Shown here: in pieces, positions 18,939 to 34,300 of the stretch
How positions within the stretch are numbered: the stretch's first letter is position 1
How the letters are laid out: every line of letters starts with the position of its first letter
Assembly (NCBI GenBank): GCA_002245135.1
Contig: NGBS01000892.1
Span: forward strand, 1 to 64,000
Reading direction: 5' to 3'
DNA: 64,000 nucleotides
Source: Proteromonas lacertae
Lineage: Eukaryota
The notes under the pieces: model-generated
What the model was told of the DNA's origin: nothing
What the model saw: the letters and a program-made list of their open reading frames with translations, nothing else
Databases searched by the model: none
Translations under genes and position numbers: made by a program

Positions 18939-21900
18939 TTAACTATCTTCATAACTTCCATATCCTCTCAATATTATATCAACACTCTCAGCTTCTTCTA
19001 CTGTAAATCTAAAACGACTCTCATAAAAAACATTCTTCTTAGGATGAAAATCAACATTCAATATAAAAGGCATTTTCTCTGGCCATTCTATTTCATTCGG
19101 TTGATATCCTTCTTGACTTTCTATCGAATAACAAGGTCCTTTAATTACACCTTCTGTAGAACTAAAATGAAATACACTTGCATCATCAACAATGTTGTTT
19201 TTATTATTCTTATTCTCTTCATTAGATTGATGAGATAATGACCATTTTACATCAACTTCACTTGGATTCATTAAAATTAACCTGGTAGTTTTCATTTCAC
19301 TTGTATTTACTACATTATAATTATATTCCACTGGTTTAATCACTAACATTGGATGTAATTCTTCACATTCAATTGGAATATCTTGAATACTTCCATTATT
19401 ATAAGTTACTCTTAATTTTCCATTAATTATATTGGATAAGATAGGAATAGAGGATTTTGCTGTATGAACTAAAGTCTTAAAAGTTTCGTTTCTGAATTTC
19501 TTTGATGCATTATTTTTAATTCCACATTCTAAATTGCTCTTTATATCTAACTTATACACCAATTTCTTATCATTAAAATATTCATTACTTTTAATCGAAG
19601 GATGATCAGCAATACTTTTGTTACTTACTTCTACAATATCAAATGGTCTGGTTGTTTCTAAACTAAAAGTAATTTCATTACTTGTATTATTTGTTAAACA
19701 TAAATATTTAGTAAAAGATGGATGGCTTGATGGATTAATTGACCATATTTTTATATTCAATTTTGTCTTATCAATTGATAGTTTTGGATATAAGACATTT
19801 GCTCTAATACCAAACGACAAACAATTTTCTAATTTTGGTCTTCTCACAGATGAATTATTATTACTATTATTAATAATCCATTCTCCATCGATTAATACTA
19901 AACAATCGTATTTACTCTCTTCTTCACTACCTGGAAATGTTATTACAAACTCTCTTGTACAATGTGAAGGTATTAATTGTTTATTTGGACTTATAACAAA
20001 TGGAGATTCTACAAATCTCTTATCATTTCGATCATATGATAATTTATAGTATATATCAGGCTCATTTCTATTCATATTAGGTAAACAATGAATATTGAAG
20101 TAATTTTCTTGTTCTGCTAATAGATTTCTTTGCCTAAAACTTACCATTATATCATATGGTCCAAGATTTCTAATTTTAATTGGTTTATTATATTTTCCAC
20201 TATTTACTATCTGATTTGGTATATTTAATATATACGGATTAACATTATAATCTAAACCAACACAATCTTTCACTATTTCTAATGGACATCCTACAACTTT
20301 AGCTTTTACATTTAATAATACATTCTCATTAATACCATCTATTTCACATACTAATTCATCTTTATAACTACCAGGTATATCTGCATAACAATCTAATTGG
20401 ATTACTATTTGTTCCCAAGGATTTAATACTCCTTCACTTGGTGTATTAATTAGTACCAATCCTTGTCCACTACTTAACATTTTGTCAATGTGTTTCTCTA
20501 CCTTTTGAGTGGTTAAATATTCAATTCCTTTCTTTGATATGAAACGGTTAGTTTTTTCATGTTTATTATCCAATATTTTTCTTTTCTTTGTATTTGTATT
20601 TGTATTTGTATTTGTATTAGTGTGTATAAATGTATTCTGTAATTCTAAAGAATCTTCACTCATTGATGGCATTAAATTATCCAATGGAACAATTTCATTT
20701 GTTTTTGATAATTTATTATTTTTATTACTATTCAATATTGAAGTGGATTTATTCAATACAAGTGATTGAACTACACCAACTCTAGAATTATTACTTTTAA
20801 AACTGGTCTTTTGATGATTGGATGGATCAGAAACACATATTGTTGATTGTACTCCATCTTCACGTATTAATCCAGTAATATTATCAATATTATCAGTATT
20901 AGGCTTTAAATATAATCCATCTTGACTAAATGTAGTAAAATATAATCGATAATTCGTCTTAATTCCACTGTAATTACCTATTATTAAATATTTAGTATAT
21001 TGTTTATTCAGTTCTAAATTATCACCAAAATCTATTTCAGGTAATTCTGATGGTAAAACATCATTGGGTTTCAACAATTCCAAGTTACTATTTGATGGAA
21101 GATTATCACTTATTGTATAACCAACCATTAAATCTCTAACTGTTGCTTTAGTTTCAAATCCTAGTGGATAAAGTATTCCACCAACATCACATGAAAATAG
21201 ATTCTCTATATAACCATCTTTCTTTGCAGTATAAGTGAGTTTAACTTCCAAATTTTGTTTTTCTGTTAAAGTGCCTTTTGAGGGAGTTAATTCATATTTA
21301 AATTCATCATTTTCACTGTCTGTATTATTGTCAGGAAAAGATTCACAATGGAAATCGTAGGTAGTATCTAAATTAGAACAGTTCTTTAGATGTAATATTC
21401 TTGTTACTGGAACACCAACATAAATAGTTCCAAAATCAACTACTAATTCTTTCAAATATACTTCTGGAGCTTGAATTTCTGCTCGTAATGGTAAATATTG
21501 AACTGTTTTCATATCATTGTAATATATTTTCAAACTATTTCTCATTCTTTCAGGTAATTTTCCTGCTAAACATTTACAATCGATTAATATCTTTTCTTTT
21601 GGTTTAAATGTATAATGTTTTGGATATGAATCTATTGTTGCTTTATTTGGATCAGTTTCTTTATCTTCAATTAAATTATTATCATTCTCTTTAAACATTC
21701 CATTTAGTTTATACGCTGAGAAATATACTTCTATTGGTACATTCGTTATATTGCTAATTGGTATTTTAAATGTATTTGAATGATCTACTCCTAACAAGCC
21801 AAAGTCAAGCTCTGGTATGTCAAAATGTAATTTTGGTAAAATAACTTCACACTTTATTCTTAATCTATATTCTTTTTGTTTTATATTAGCTATTCTGACT

Positions 21901-24721
21901 GGATAAGTAATATCTAATTTACCATAATCACGATCTTTTGGTTTTAAGAATACTTCTACTGTTACAGGATGTTCTGGTTCAATTACATTGGTTGGAACTT
22001 TCAATTCAATAATTGACCAATCATTTAATGTATTTTCAGATGCAGGCTCGACATAAGGCTTGTCAATTTCAAATGTTGTTGGAGCACTACTGTTATTAGT
22101 GAGTGTAAAATTATTTGTATAAATATTATTAGGATATATACAACCATGAAATTCAATTATACTTTTATCTATTGTTACATCCAATAATAACGGTATTCCT
22201 CTTAATTCTATGTTAATACATCTACAGATGACTAATTCTATTCTATTACTCTCATTCTTCTGTGATTTTACCAACATAGAAGTTCGAGTTACTGGTGCAT
22301 TATTCGGTAATACAGTTTCAACGTATTTTTCACCACATGGAAATATTGTATCTGTTGGAGAACTTTCTTTTGGAATATTCTTAATGAAGAGTGATAAAGT
22401 AGCATGTAATTGTTTCAATTCTTTAGGATGATAGGTAATTAATGTTTCTAGTGTTTCATTTGCCTTTAATACTCCTTCTACTTGATCTAAATCAATATCA
22501 TCACATTCAATGAAGTTATTATTATCATCAAGTAAATACCACTGATATTGTAAATCAATATATGTATTACTTTGTATTGTCACTTTGTGAGTTTCTTTAT
22601 CTCCAATCATACAGTCAGTAAATGCAACATAATCTGTTTTTAGATTCTTTACAATTTGCCATTCTTTATCTAAATCTACATCTTCATCATCTTCATCATT
22701 ATCTTCACGATATTCACTATTATTATTATTTGATTTTCTAGTAATTGATTCATTTGTAGGAATATCATCAATAGCATCCCATGTTAATTGCACTGGTTGA
22801 CATAACCCTACTAAGGTATATTCATATACTAAACAATGATCACAACATATGTAAAATTTACCTTCATGACGACCTATCTCTAATGGACAAAATCTAATTT
22901 CACAAACTACATCTTTGTTATGTTCAATAGTGAATTCAGTTGGTTTTATAGTAAATGCATCGAATTTCAATATTCCTTCCTTTGTTCTTCTTTCTAAATA
23001 ATTCTCTGTGTCTAATAACATCCAAAAATGACCTTCTCCTCCTTTGTTGATTATTGGTTGTTTTAAAATGATTTTATCTCCCATTAGACATGCACCAACA
23101 TCTATTGTGGATGGTAAAGTAAGAATTGGTGGATCTCTTCTGGCTTGAAGTGGAATTAAAAATTGATTTGAATCAGAAATGACAATTATACCCTAGATAA
23201 AATAAAATAATATATATAAATATAAATATATATACATCATCATAATCTCTTGCTTCATCAGGCATAAATCTAATATATACTTTACAACTCATCCCTGCAG
23301 CAATATCACCATTACCAGCATAGCCCTTTGGGTATTGAATATCTATTATTGTAAAAAATTCAGTTTTAGGTGGTAGAATCTGAATTCTTTTTGTAATTGA
23401 ACTTCCATTATAGACGAAAACCTCTTGCTGATATTGTAATCCTTTTAGATAATCACGATATAACACAACTTCAGGTTTAGCATAAAAGCCTGTCTCATTA
23501 CGCTGAAAATAACAAGGTTGAGGCTTGAGTGTGGTTTGACCTCCTAAACCATTAACAGCTGTTTCTTGTTCATAAGTCATTAATGTCTCTCTTAAATGAG
23601 AATTTGCTTGCTTAGTATTTCTATATCTTGGATTCTTTAAGAAATTGTTTTTGGCATTCATTTCTCGTAGTGTCTTCATAGTAGCATCTAATTCATCTCC
23701 TGTTAATACATCCTTAGCAGGTAATAATATCTTAGCACGATGTGTTTTACTATCTGTTTGTTGTTGTTGATTGATATTCTTTGATAATGATTCCATCTTC
23801 TTTAATGCTTCTTTTTCTCTCTTTGCCTTTGTTCTATTAAGTATTCCTGTTCTAGAAATAACATGATTATCAATTACTTGAGTACTCTTCAAATAATGTG
23901 GTGGAATTTTGGCTGTTCCAAAAATTACTTTCATATTATCAGGTAACTCAACATTTCCTGTTAAATATAATGTCTTTTCATTGTAATTATCAATTAAATC
24001 AGTACCAATAACTACATGTCTCTTTACACCTGGTGAACCTTTAATTTCATTTAATTTTGTCAATTTCTCATTCTCTTCCAAAGGAATATCAGTTTTAAGT
24101 AATAATCCCCTTTCCTTTAAATATTTTTTCACATTCATTGTATGTTCATTGGCTTCTTGATTTCTCTTTTCTAATTCTTGCATCATTGTATCTAATTGAT
24201 CTACTCTACCAGAAAATGACTCTTGAATCTAAAATATTATAATTTATTTATTATATTATACATTATTAAGTATAGAATTCTGTATTTCTATATTTTCTTG
24301 TGATAATTCTAATTTCTTTTCTTCTAATTCTGGCTGTGGTTTCTCTTCTTCAACAGGTTGGTCAATTGGTTCTTCTTCTATTACTAGTGATGGTTCTGGT
24401 TCTTTTACTTTGCTCTTTCTTTCTTTCTTTGAACTTACTTTGCTATTTCTCTTTGATGCTATTTTATTATATTATAAATAGGAATATACACTTTGGACTT
24501 TTGGGTTCTTTACTACCTTTTGAAGATTTTGAAACACTTGAAGATCTAGAAGATTTCTTAGGAGTTTTTGGTTCTTCAGGTGGCTGATCAGTTGCATCAT
24601 CTGTAGTCTGAGTTTCTTGTTGAGGAGGAGGTTGTGGAGGTTCTTTGGGGAATTCTTCTGGAAATAAGTCTTTAAATGTAGCTCTAAATACATGAGCTAC
24701 AGATCCTACTCTTCCTTCCAT
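18939..24721 (-). CDS. DLEC1: DLEC1/CFAP81-like cilia-associated ASH-domain protein, apparently intact, 4 exons
   Basis: PEVVLYRDY...ILPPKTEFF...GDIAAGMSCKVYIRFMPD and PLQARRDPPILTLP motifs. Introns 24459-24489, 24229-24261 and 23193-23235 join the ORFs. Confidence 0.85.
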
Positions 24722-24834
24722 TATTTAATCAATATATGAAAAAACTAATGAAAAATAAAAGAATTAAAAATCAAAACGGTTAAAGTTGGTTTGATAAAAG
24801 TTTGATTCTGTTTTAGATTAGGATTAAATTCTGT

Positions 24835-25762
24835 ATGTCTGGAGCAGTTAAAAGGAAATCTGAAGGTACATCTTCTTATTTGAAGAAACCATTAAGCAAT
24901 GGGAAAGTATTGTGTAAATTATGTGGAATAGCAATTAATAATGAAGCTCTATGGGAAAGTCATGTTAGAAGTGTTGATCACTTGAATGTATATAATTTAA
25001 TTGATTTATAGAATGTATTAGGCAATAAGTAATTTGAAAGATAGTTTAAATAAAAAACCTAAGATCGATAGTTCATCTTCAAATAAAGACATACAGGCTG
25101 ATAATACTGATAATAGAATATTTAATGATTATACAATGTCTAGGGGCAGTATTACAAATGAGACTGAAAGATGGGAAGAAAGAGTTCAGAAAAACTCTGA
25201 TCTATACAAACATGCAGAAAAGAAGGGAACTACCAAATTACCTGCAGGATTCTTTGATGATAGAAAAATAGATTCAAAAGTAAGAGGTATGATGTATGTT
25301 AAACCAAGAAAACCAGCAATTGCAGCTCAATCATCATCAGTATTGTTTGAAAAACAACCAACCAGTACAATAATAACTTCAACAGAAAATGAAACTCAAG
25401 AAAAAGAAGAAGAAGGATATAATGATGTAGATGAAGGAATAGAAGATATTGTTATAACTAGTAATTCAATAGATGAACAGCTAAAGATAGCAGAAATGGA
25501 GCAGACTGCATATATGATGAAAATAAAGGAGATATATGATAAAATAAATAAAACAAAAAGCAGTTTGACTGATGAAGACAAACTGATAATGGATGAACTA
25601 TTAGGACATAATACAAATAATACTGGAATTGAAATGGAAGAAGAAAATGAAGATAAAGTGATAGTGTCTACTGTTTCAAGTGAAGAAATTAGTGATATAA
25701 TGAGAAGAAAGAAGAAGATGAGAAGTGAAAGAAGAAAGAAGAGTGGGATTAATAGAGGATGA
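24835..25762 (+). CDS. ZNF830: ZNF830/CCDC16-like zinc-finger spliceosome-associated protein
   Basis: Exon 1 CKLC...LWESHVRSVDH; intron 24988-25021 in frame; LPAGFFDD...D.KVRG signature. Head-to-head with DLEC1 (113 bp between ATGs). Confidence 0.75.
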
Positions 25763-25994
25763 TCATTTAGATAGCAAACGAAAGTAAGATAATTAACAAT
25801 AATTATGTGTTTATTTTTATCTATAAAATGAAAAAATGCAAAATGGCACATTTCATAGATGATATACATATTAACTAGATGACTTTAATATATTTATCAA
25901 AGAATTTTAATTTAAAAAAAGATTCGTTTTAATTATTCAAACCAAGATTTTATAATTTTGCTCATTTCTATTTAATTCCATACATTTATAAGGC

Positions 25995-26675
25995 ATGTCA
26001 AGTTGTATTAAATACTTTTTATTTTGTTATGACTAGATAATCAAGATGACACCCCACCACCACTTGATGGAAGAAATATAAACAACAAAAGGTATATCAT
26101 CTGAAATATTATTATTAATAGAAACCAAAACGATAACAAAAATTATGGGTATAATTATTTATTATGTACTAGCAAGCATTATCAACATGCGAATAGTGAC
26201 TATTATAATCAAAAGAATAAGACTGTATATTTTATGATGCAGTTATAAATGTATAGGCATATTTACAGCAAAGAATTAAACAGTTGGAAACTCAATTAGC
26301 TCAAGAGAGAATGAAATCAGAGAAATATGAACATATATTTGATAGAATGAAACCAATATTCGATGTTCTTGAATCTTTTTTTGCTGAATCCGTATATTCT
26401 CAAACATTATTATAATTTTTTAGATGCAATTTAGATATTCTGCTTATCAAGCAATCCAACAAGCCAATGGTCAGCCACTTACACAGCCAATGTATTATTC
26501 ACCACATCACCTCCATCCAAACACTCCAACACCTCCACCACCTTATTTGAAACCAACAGCAATGTCAACACAACCACAACAACAACAACCTCCTCCACAA
26601 CAACAACAACCAATTCCCAACAGCAGCAACAACAACAACAAGTAATTCCTCCATCAACTACACCACCAACAGTTC

Positions 26676-26710
<35 letters not shown>

Positions 26711-27628
26711 GTAATTCCTCCATCAACTACACCACCAACAGTTCAACAACAACAACAACAACAACCATTATTACAACAAACATCATCTGCTACTCCAACA
26801 AACCATCCTCCACCTCAAATCTTGTCAAACACTATATCTACACCTCCTCAACAACACTCTGTAGGTATGTCACCATCATCTGCATCTGCATCTCAATTAC
26901 ATCATCAACATCACCATCAACAACAACAACAACAACCAATGCCACAAACTACAAGTAGAATTGGTATTCAGAATATACTACCAGTTGCTGTTAATACTTT
27001 ACCTCGTTCAATGTTGCCAATTCCTGAAAATAATAGTAATAATGATAATAAAATACCATCCAGTGTACCAGGAGCAGCAGTACCACTACAAACATCTGTA
27101 GTATATAACAATGTAAGTGGTAATAATCCCTGTAATATAAAAGATCCAAGACCATGGATATTCAGTATGAAAAGTAACAATAAAGAATTAATAATGAATG
27201 AATTAGAATTCGAAGAGAATGATATTATTCTATGTGATGTGTCAAGCTGGACAAAGACAAGTGCATGTGTTGTTTCATTACGTAAATTGTTCAATTTAAA
27301 TGGATTTCAATTGAATTCAAGTTTTTGGGAAGAGATTAGAATTCATTTTAGATCATTAGTTCCAAAGGAGAAGTGTTTATTTCTGATTAATAATGATAGT
27401 AACAGCGATATTGTTAATGAAAGAATAAGTAGATTATGTAGTACAATAAGTGACTCATGGAATGATGTAGAATGTAGTTATGGAGAGTTGGGAAGAATAG
27501 CTGTAGTTATAAATGTATATATTATAATTATTATATTTATATTATTATTATAGAACTGGAATTCTAATAATGTAGTATATAAGAGACATGTTTTCAATGT
27601 AACTCCTCTTGATAAAGGTAAAGAGTAG
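25995..27628 (+). CDS. Multi-exon Q/P/H-rich protein with a coiled coil
   Basis: Several ~30 nt introns. A 1-nt shift at the CCC run near 26616 separates ORFs 26424 and 26822. Exon boundaries approximate. Confidence 0.6.
26630..26765 (+). repeat. Two copies of a 69-bp coding tandem repeat (QnVIPPSTTPPTVQn)
   Basis: AGTAATTCCTCCATCAACTACACCACCAACAGTTCAACAA at 26641 and 26710. Confidence 0.9.
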
Positions 27629-27800
27629 ATTAATTGAAGAGAATTAATGGTTATTGAATTTAAAGAAATTGATTAAATTATAGAAGTTTTATTATTATAT
27701 ATTTTTGATATATAGATTGTTGTGTGTGTTTTGTTTATTATCTCAAACATATCATTTAAAAATTTCAATATAATATTGAGGAACTAAATAAATACTTCTT

Positions 27801-30800
27801 TTATTCCTCTAATATTCCATCTAATTCTTCTTGACATATTCCATCAAAGTGGATTAGTCTTATAGTTGAAAATGTGTTTAAGAATGTTTTTAATTCTGAT
27901 TTATCTATATCTTCTTTTACACTTATTGATAATGCATCTAAACAATCAAACACTTCTTGATTTTTTATCATAAATCTTAACTCACTTTCATTAAATTCAT
28001 TTCCTATTAGATATAGATATCTTAATGGTTTATAATCTTTCAATCTTTCTGATAAAATTTTTAATCCTTTTTCACTCATTCCAATATCTATTCAAACAAA
28101 ATGATTATATTATATTCATAAAATACCTGATAGATTTAATGATGAATTATAATCATCAACAAACTTATCTAAATATTTACATATTAACTCTATTCCTTCA
28201 TTTCCAATTTCATTATTGTATATTTCAATAAATTCTACATTTTTTGGCAAAGAATCTGTTAATTCTTTCAACCCATCATAACTTATATAATTATCAGATA
28301 AATCAAGCTTTGAATAGTTGATCTGTTTAATTAATGTAATATAAGAATCATTGATATTCATATCTATTTTACAACAAAACAAATATTCTATACTTGAAAA
28401 ATCACATTCATATCTTGTTTTCTTTTTAACACAATAATCCAAATAGTATTCCAATTCTTCATTTCTCCATAAAGGATTGTTTATTTCTATGAATGGATAT
28501 TCTTCTTTTTCTAATGATTTTGAACAAATTATTATTAATCCTTTACTACTTATATTATTTCCATTTAGATTCATTATTCTACAACCTCTTATTGAATCTA
28601 TTTTATCTGCTAATAATATTACACTTTTATCATCTATTGAAATATTACTCAAATTCATTTCACCTTGGTAATTCAACAAATTTATATTCTTTAGCAATAA
28701 TTTGAATCCAATATTTCCAATTGGATTATCTGTTAAATTATAGATTAGCGAGAAAATAAATATACTATAAAGGAAGAGACTTGATATATTGTCATTCTCT
28801 TTCACATATTTTATCAAATAATATATTACATCTGAATTAATATCATTACTACTTATATGAAGTTGTACTTTTTTTTTAATATTCTTTAAACCATCCAATA
28901 AATGTTTTAATCCACTTGAAGATAATCCCATACCTATTGTATATTAAAATAACAATTATACCCCAACAATATATCGAGTTTTCATAATCTTTTAATAAAT
29001 GTAAATATGGAGATAATAGTTTCATTCCTTCATCTCCTATTTCATTTCCATTTAATTGAACTTCTTTAAGGCTTGGTAGTAAATTCAAGTTGTACATCAA
29101 TATTTCTATACTTTTATATGTTAATTTATTATCTATATAATAATAAAAATATCAAATTTTACAACGCAAATATAACCTTTCTATATTCCTTAATTCATTC
29201 CATCTTAAAGAAATAAATGATTTGAAAATATCATCATCAACTTCACAATTACTAAGATTTAATTTATTATAATATTTGATATATTCTATTAATCTTGGAA
29301 CATCTTCATCAATCAGTAATTCTATACTTCCATTAAAATCAAATTTTATATTTGATATAGGATATTTGGAGAATAAAGCTTTCAATCCTTTTGAATGAAT
29401 ATTTTTATTTGATTTAATATCTATCCTCATTATGTTTGGATGTTTATATAACTCTTCTGATAATAATATCATTGATTCATTATTTAAATTCATTCCATTA
29501 AGATTTAATTCATTATCTTTGTTGATTAATAAATGTAAATACGGAAGTAATGATTTGAATCCTATTGAACCAATTAGATTAGCTATTACATTGAATATAT
29601 ATAAGAGTAATAAATACAAGAAAGATCAACATATTTCAATTTCATCAATGGAATTGATTTAACGAATGATTCAATAAAATGAAAAGAAAGACTGCATCCT
29701 GACAAAGACAATTCTTCAAGCTGTGCTAAGTGTGAAAATAATGATCCAATTAATAATTGAAATTGGAGAGGAATATTAATATATTCTAATTAGGTTAAAT
29801 TGATTAAAAATATACTTAATTTGAGTTTTTTAGGGTTGATAGGTGTAATTGTTCTGAAGAAATAACATAATCCTTCTTTGCAGAAACAAAAACATTCAGA
29901 GTTTACTTTGATTGTTTCTTCATCATCTTTATCAAAATCAATATTCAATATCATTTCATCTAAAAAACACTCTTTTCTATCTTTACATTGATGAAGAATA
30001 TGATATTCAAGCTTTTCTTTTATTGGCTTGTCTTTTATTATACATTCATTATAATATTCATCAATATACTTATAAAGAACAACACCATCTCTGTTCTTCA
30101 GTTTTAACATCAATAGAACAGATAAAATCTTTTCATTCTCTTTTTGACTGTATTTATATATTAGAAAATTGATCAATTCTAGAATTATTGAATAATAATA
30201 ACTATATATATATATATACTATCACTACTTCTAGAATTTATGTAATAATCAACAGGTAATAATAATGGATATCTCCAAATCTTTTCATCTAAAGAAGATA
30301 GAATCTCAATTCTATTTTCAATAATCATCAAAAAACCATCATTACTCATCTTTATCTCACTCATTTTGATTATTTCTTTTTTCAATTCTTTTAAACCCAA
30401 TCTATCTTCACTATTCACCTTCAATATTCTGCATATTATTTCTTTCATATTATCATCACATTCTATATCTAAACTGTATTTACATCTCAGGACATTATTC
30501 ATAGTTTTCATCATACTATCATCTTCATTAAATGGTAATTTCTTATAAATCATCTCATATAATATACAGCCAATTGACCAAATCACACTTCTTTCACTAA
30601 ATTCTAATCCGTTTAATTCTTCTGGGCTTTTGAAGCAGATGTCATATATTCTTAAATCTTCTTCTTTTCTCAATTCATTCAAACATAAATCACATATCTT
30701 TTTTTCATCATCACTTTCATATATTATATTGCTACTCTTCAAATTACTTACCATTAACTCATATTCACTCAATATCATCAATATATCACATAAAGAACAT

Positions 30801-31188
30801 ATCAATCTACATATATCACTACTTGTAAAGCAGTTACTATGAATAATCTCTTCGAAATCTCTACTGTAAAAATTTCTTTCTATTATCATAGCATTATCAT
30901 CAAATATTATTATTTCAGTTGGATAAGTTAAGCAACTACAATGAGCTAATAAAAGCGACTGAATCTCGAAGTATTTTAAGATTTTCTTTTCCTTTATACC
31001 GTCAATGTTTATAATCTTTATCATGTTCATATCATTATCATGCTCAACTACCAAATCTACTTCATTTATACTCTTTTCTACTTTCTCTTTTATCTATTAT
31101 ATCAATATAATCAAATTTCAGATACTTGTGATTCTGATGGTAGTCTACAGTTGATTACATCATCAACTAGTGAGTTTAAGCAAAACAT
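27801..31188 (-). CDS. Pseudokinase plus RNI-like leucine-rich repeat protein (multi-exon, possibly disabled)
   Basis: Kinase fold with SNLKSSN in place of HRDLK, DLC in place of DFG, SPE and WSIGCILYEM. LRRs such as LDLSDNYISYDG and NEIGDEG. One frameshift near 29690. Confidence 0.75.
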
Positions 31189-31375
31189 TTCTTTTTGATG
31201 TTTCAATATATTTAGTCGTTACATTTTTTTATTCTTATTTTTATTTGAGGTTCATTGTTTTGTTATTATAGTATATGATACAAACTATCAATAGTCTTAA
31301 AAGCATGAAAATAACTTAATAATAATAATAAATTAACAATCTAATTTCATTATATCACTAACCATAACAAAATCT

Positions 31376-34300
31376 TCAAAATGTAAGTCTATCACAATCG
31401 TTTTTTATTGTTTTTACACACATTATACTATTAAATACCTTATTTTCATCTTTTATCTGTATTATTTGATGTACATTATTCACATTCTCATTCTTATCAT
31501 TCCATTCTGTCAACATCTTCACTATTCTATGTTCAACTCTAAATATAACAGAACTATAGGAATTAGAAACAATCTGTAAAGGCCAATGGTTAATAGTTGG
31601 AATAATAGCAATCTTATCATTTAAAATACTATTTATAACATTCCATACACTGTTATCAAATTTAATATCTACATCACTCAATAATATATAATCACTCTCT
31701 ATTTTATTATCATATATTATTGTCATTATTCTACTAAATGATAATGTCTCACTGATATATGAGTAACATTTAATTCCATTTATTTCTTTTGGCAGCTGAT
31801 ATAAAAAACTATATGCGATTGTGGATATATAGACTATATTTGACATTACCAAATGGTTTATATTGTGGTTGAAAACTTGTTGGAAAGATTGATTATTCAT
31901 ATTTAAATCTGTTACTACAACAACTAATGTTAAATTGTATGTTTGATTCACTTGTTCATCACTAGTAACATCAATCAGTTTGTCGATATAATCAAATACC
32001 TTTACTTCATCTATTAATAATATGAAAGTAATAAAATGATTAAAGATATTTATACTATTAAAATAGAGGTAGTTATATAATGGTATGAGCTTCTTTGAAG
32101 GTATAGTCAGAAGAATTTCCAACATTTTTTCTTTACTAAAGTATTGATCTTTTTTATCACTTAAATAATCATTATATACTCTATCAATAACAACTTCTGG
32201 TCTTTTCAGTAGTTTGAGAATCAAAAATGAGTTTATAAAATTGGTAGAGAATTCTAACAGCTTCTTATTGTTGTATATTCTTATATTTGAATCATCTGGT
32301 AAGTTATAAAATCTCTATATTATAAAAAATAGAAATGAGTAATATATATATATATATACATTTCTATTAAAATATCCAATCTTCTTTTCTATATCATTTC
32401 TATTGCTTGATAATAGTTCATGAATAAATCTATATCTCTTTTCTGATTCTATGATATTTCCACTGTTAAAATCATTAGTAGCTTTAAGTTTATTCACATT
32501 GACATTGCTGGGATATGAATATAACAACAAATCAATAATCACAACATCATTGGATATTAGATATTCTTCAATTCTGTTAGACTCTGGTGTAATCAACTTT
32601 CCCTATTAAAAGTAAATAATAGACTATATACAGTTAATGTGAGGAAAAATGTAATCCAATCTTCAATTACTGTTCTTCGATTATAAATTAGATATTTTCT
32701 CTCACTTATTATCTTGGTTATTGAGTTATAATAAGTTTGATTTGACAGTATTATTGCTTTATTAATAACATCATTCGTATTTTCACAAATTCTATTTACA
32801 TATTCAATAAATAAATATATATATATATACAAATCTGTTATATTCATAGTATGATAATATATAGATGAAATACTATTACTCAAATGATCACTTTTTAATG
32901 TAATCAAAGGTTTCTATTAAATATATAATACATATATTATATATATATATATATATATTTATATACATTATTAACTAAAGAATAAAGTGACAACTTTTCA
33001 TCATTTAGGTTGAATGATTCGATAATTATATTACTGTCATATATATATTTCATCAATATATCTTTCTCATTTGTATATTTCAAGTACTTTATTCTCTTCA
33101 TTAAATCTTTGTTAAACAGTTTGCTTATTCTTTTCTTAATCTCTATATTCCATTCATTTGATCTTCTAAGATATATTAAAAATATGTATATATACGATTC
33201 AATGAGATATATTTCTGAATTTCTAATTTTCACCATTATTTCCTTCAATATGTCAAAATATGATATGTCAATGTATTGTAATTCCGTCAAACACAAATAT
33301 TTGACTTTATTATCACTTATTGGTTCAATAGAAGAAGAAGAATATTCAGATTGATAATCAAGCCAAACTCCTTGATCTTCAAGCCTGACGATTTGAGTAT
33401 TCTTTGACCTATATACTTCACTATCATTTGTTTTATCAATTGATAAATAATAATCGATAGATGGTAAATTGAATGGTGTTTTAATAACACTTCCATAATA
33501 AGAAATCTGTATTTGACTTAATCTCAAATTAGCTAGTAAATAAATATTCCAATCTGTTATTATATCATTATAAAATAAAATATCAAATTGATATTTCTCT
33601 ATTCTATTGATATTATCTTCTAAATTATCAACTAACATATCATAAATCACATTTTCTATCTTATAATAATTATTACTATCATCATTATCATCACTACTAC
33701 AACCATAAATTGATAGAATTGTCACATTGAAATTGAGTGGTATAAGTGAAATAATAATCCCTTCTAATTGTCTTATATTGTTGTTGTAATTATTATCACA
33801 TATATTTGAAAAGATAAATCCAATCTGGATAGTTTTAGCAGGATTAAAATCAGTATAATTGTAATAATAATATTTATAAAGTTTTGATTTATTCCTAAAC
33901 AACTCTGTAAACTCTGATAATATTATTGAACTTCTTTCACTGCTCAAATAATATGGTAAATTAGAAATTTCTGGAAATTTACATTTTTCAGGGTTGATTG
34001 TAATATTTAACGATTTTGCTTTATTTATATTCTCTCTTATAGTATTAAAATATTTTTCTTTTTCTGATTCATTATTGATAAATGGAGGAAAGTAAATGTA
34101 TTCTTTTAAATAATCACAATTGTTATGTCGAATTTCAATTCTATTATACAGTAATTATTAAATATATATATATATAAATATACATTTTTTTTCTTATTTC
34201 TATATACTTATTTACATTATTCAACATTAATTCTATTCTATTGAAGATATATATATATATAATAAAATATAATACGATGAACTGAATGATAGTATTCTTG

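Noticed and set aside
26570..26940. CRISPR-like or functional DNA repeat array
   Set aside because: CAA microsatellite and a two-copy coding repeat encoding poly-Gln; no spacers.
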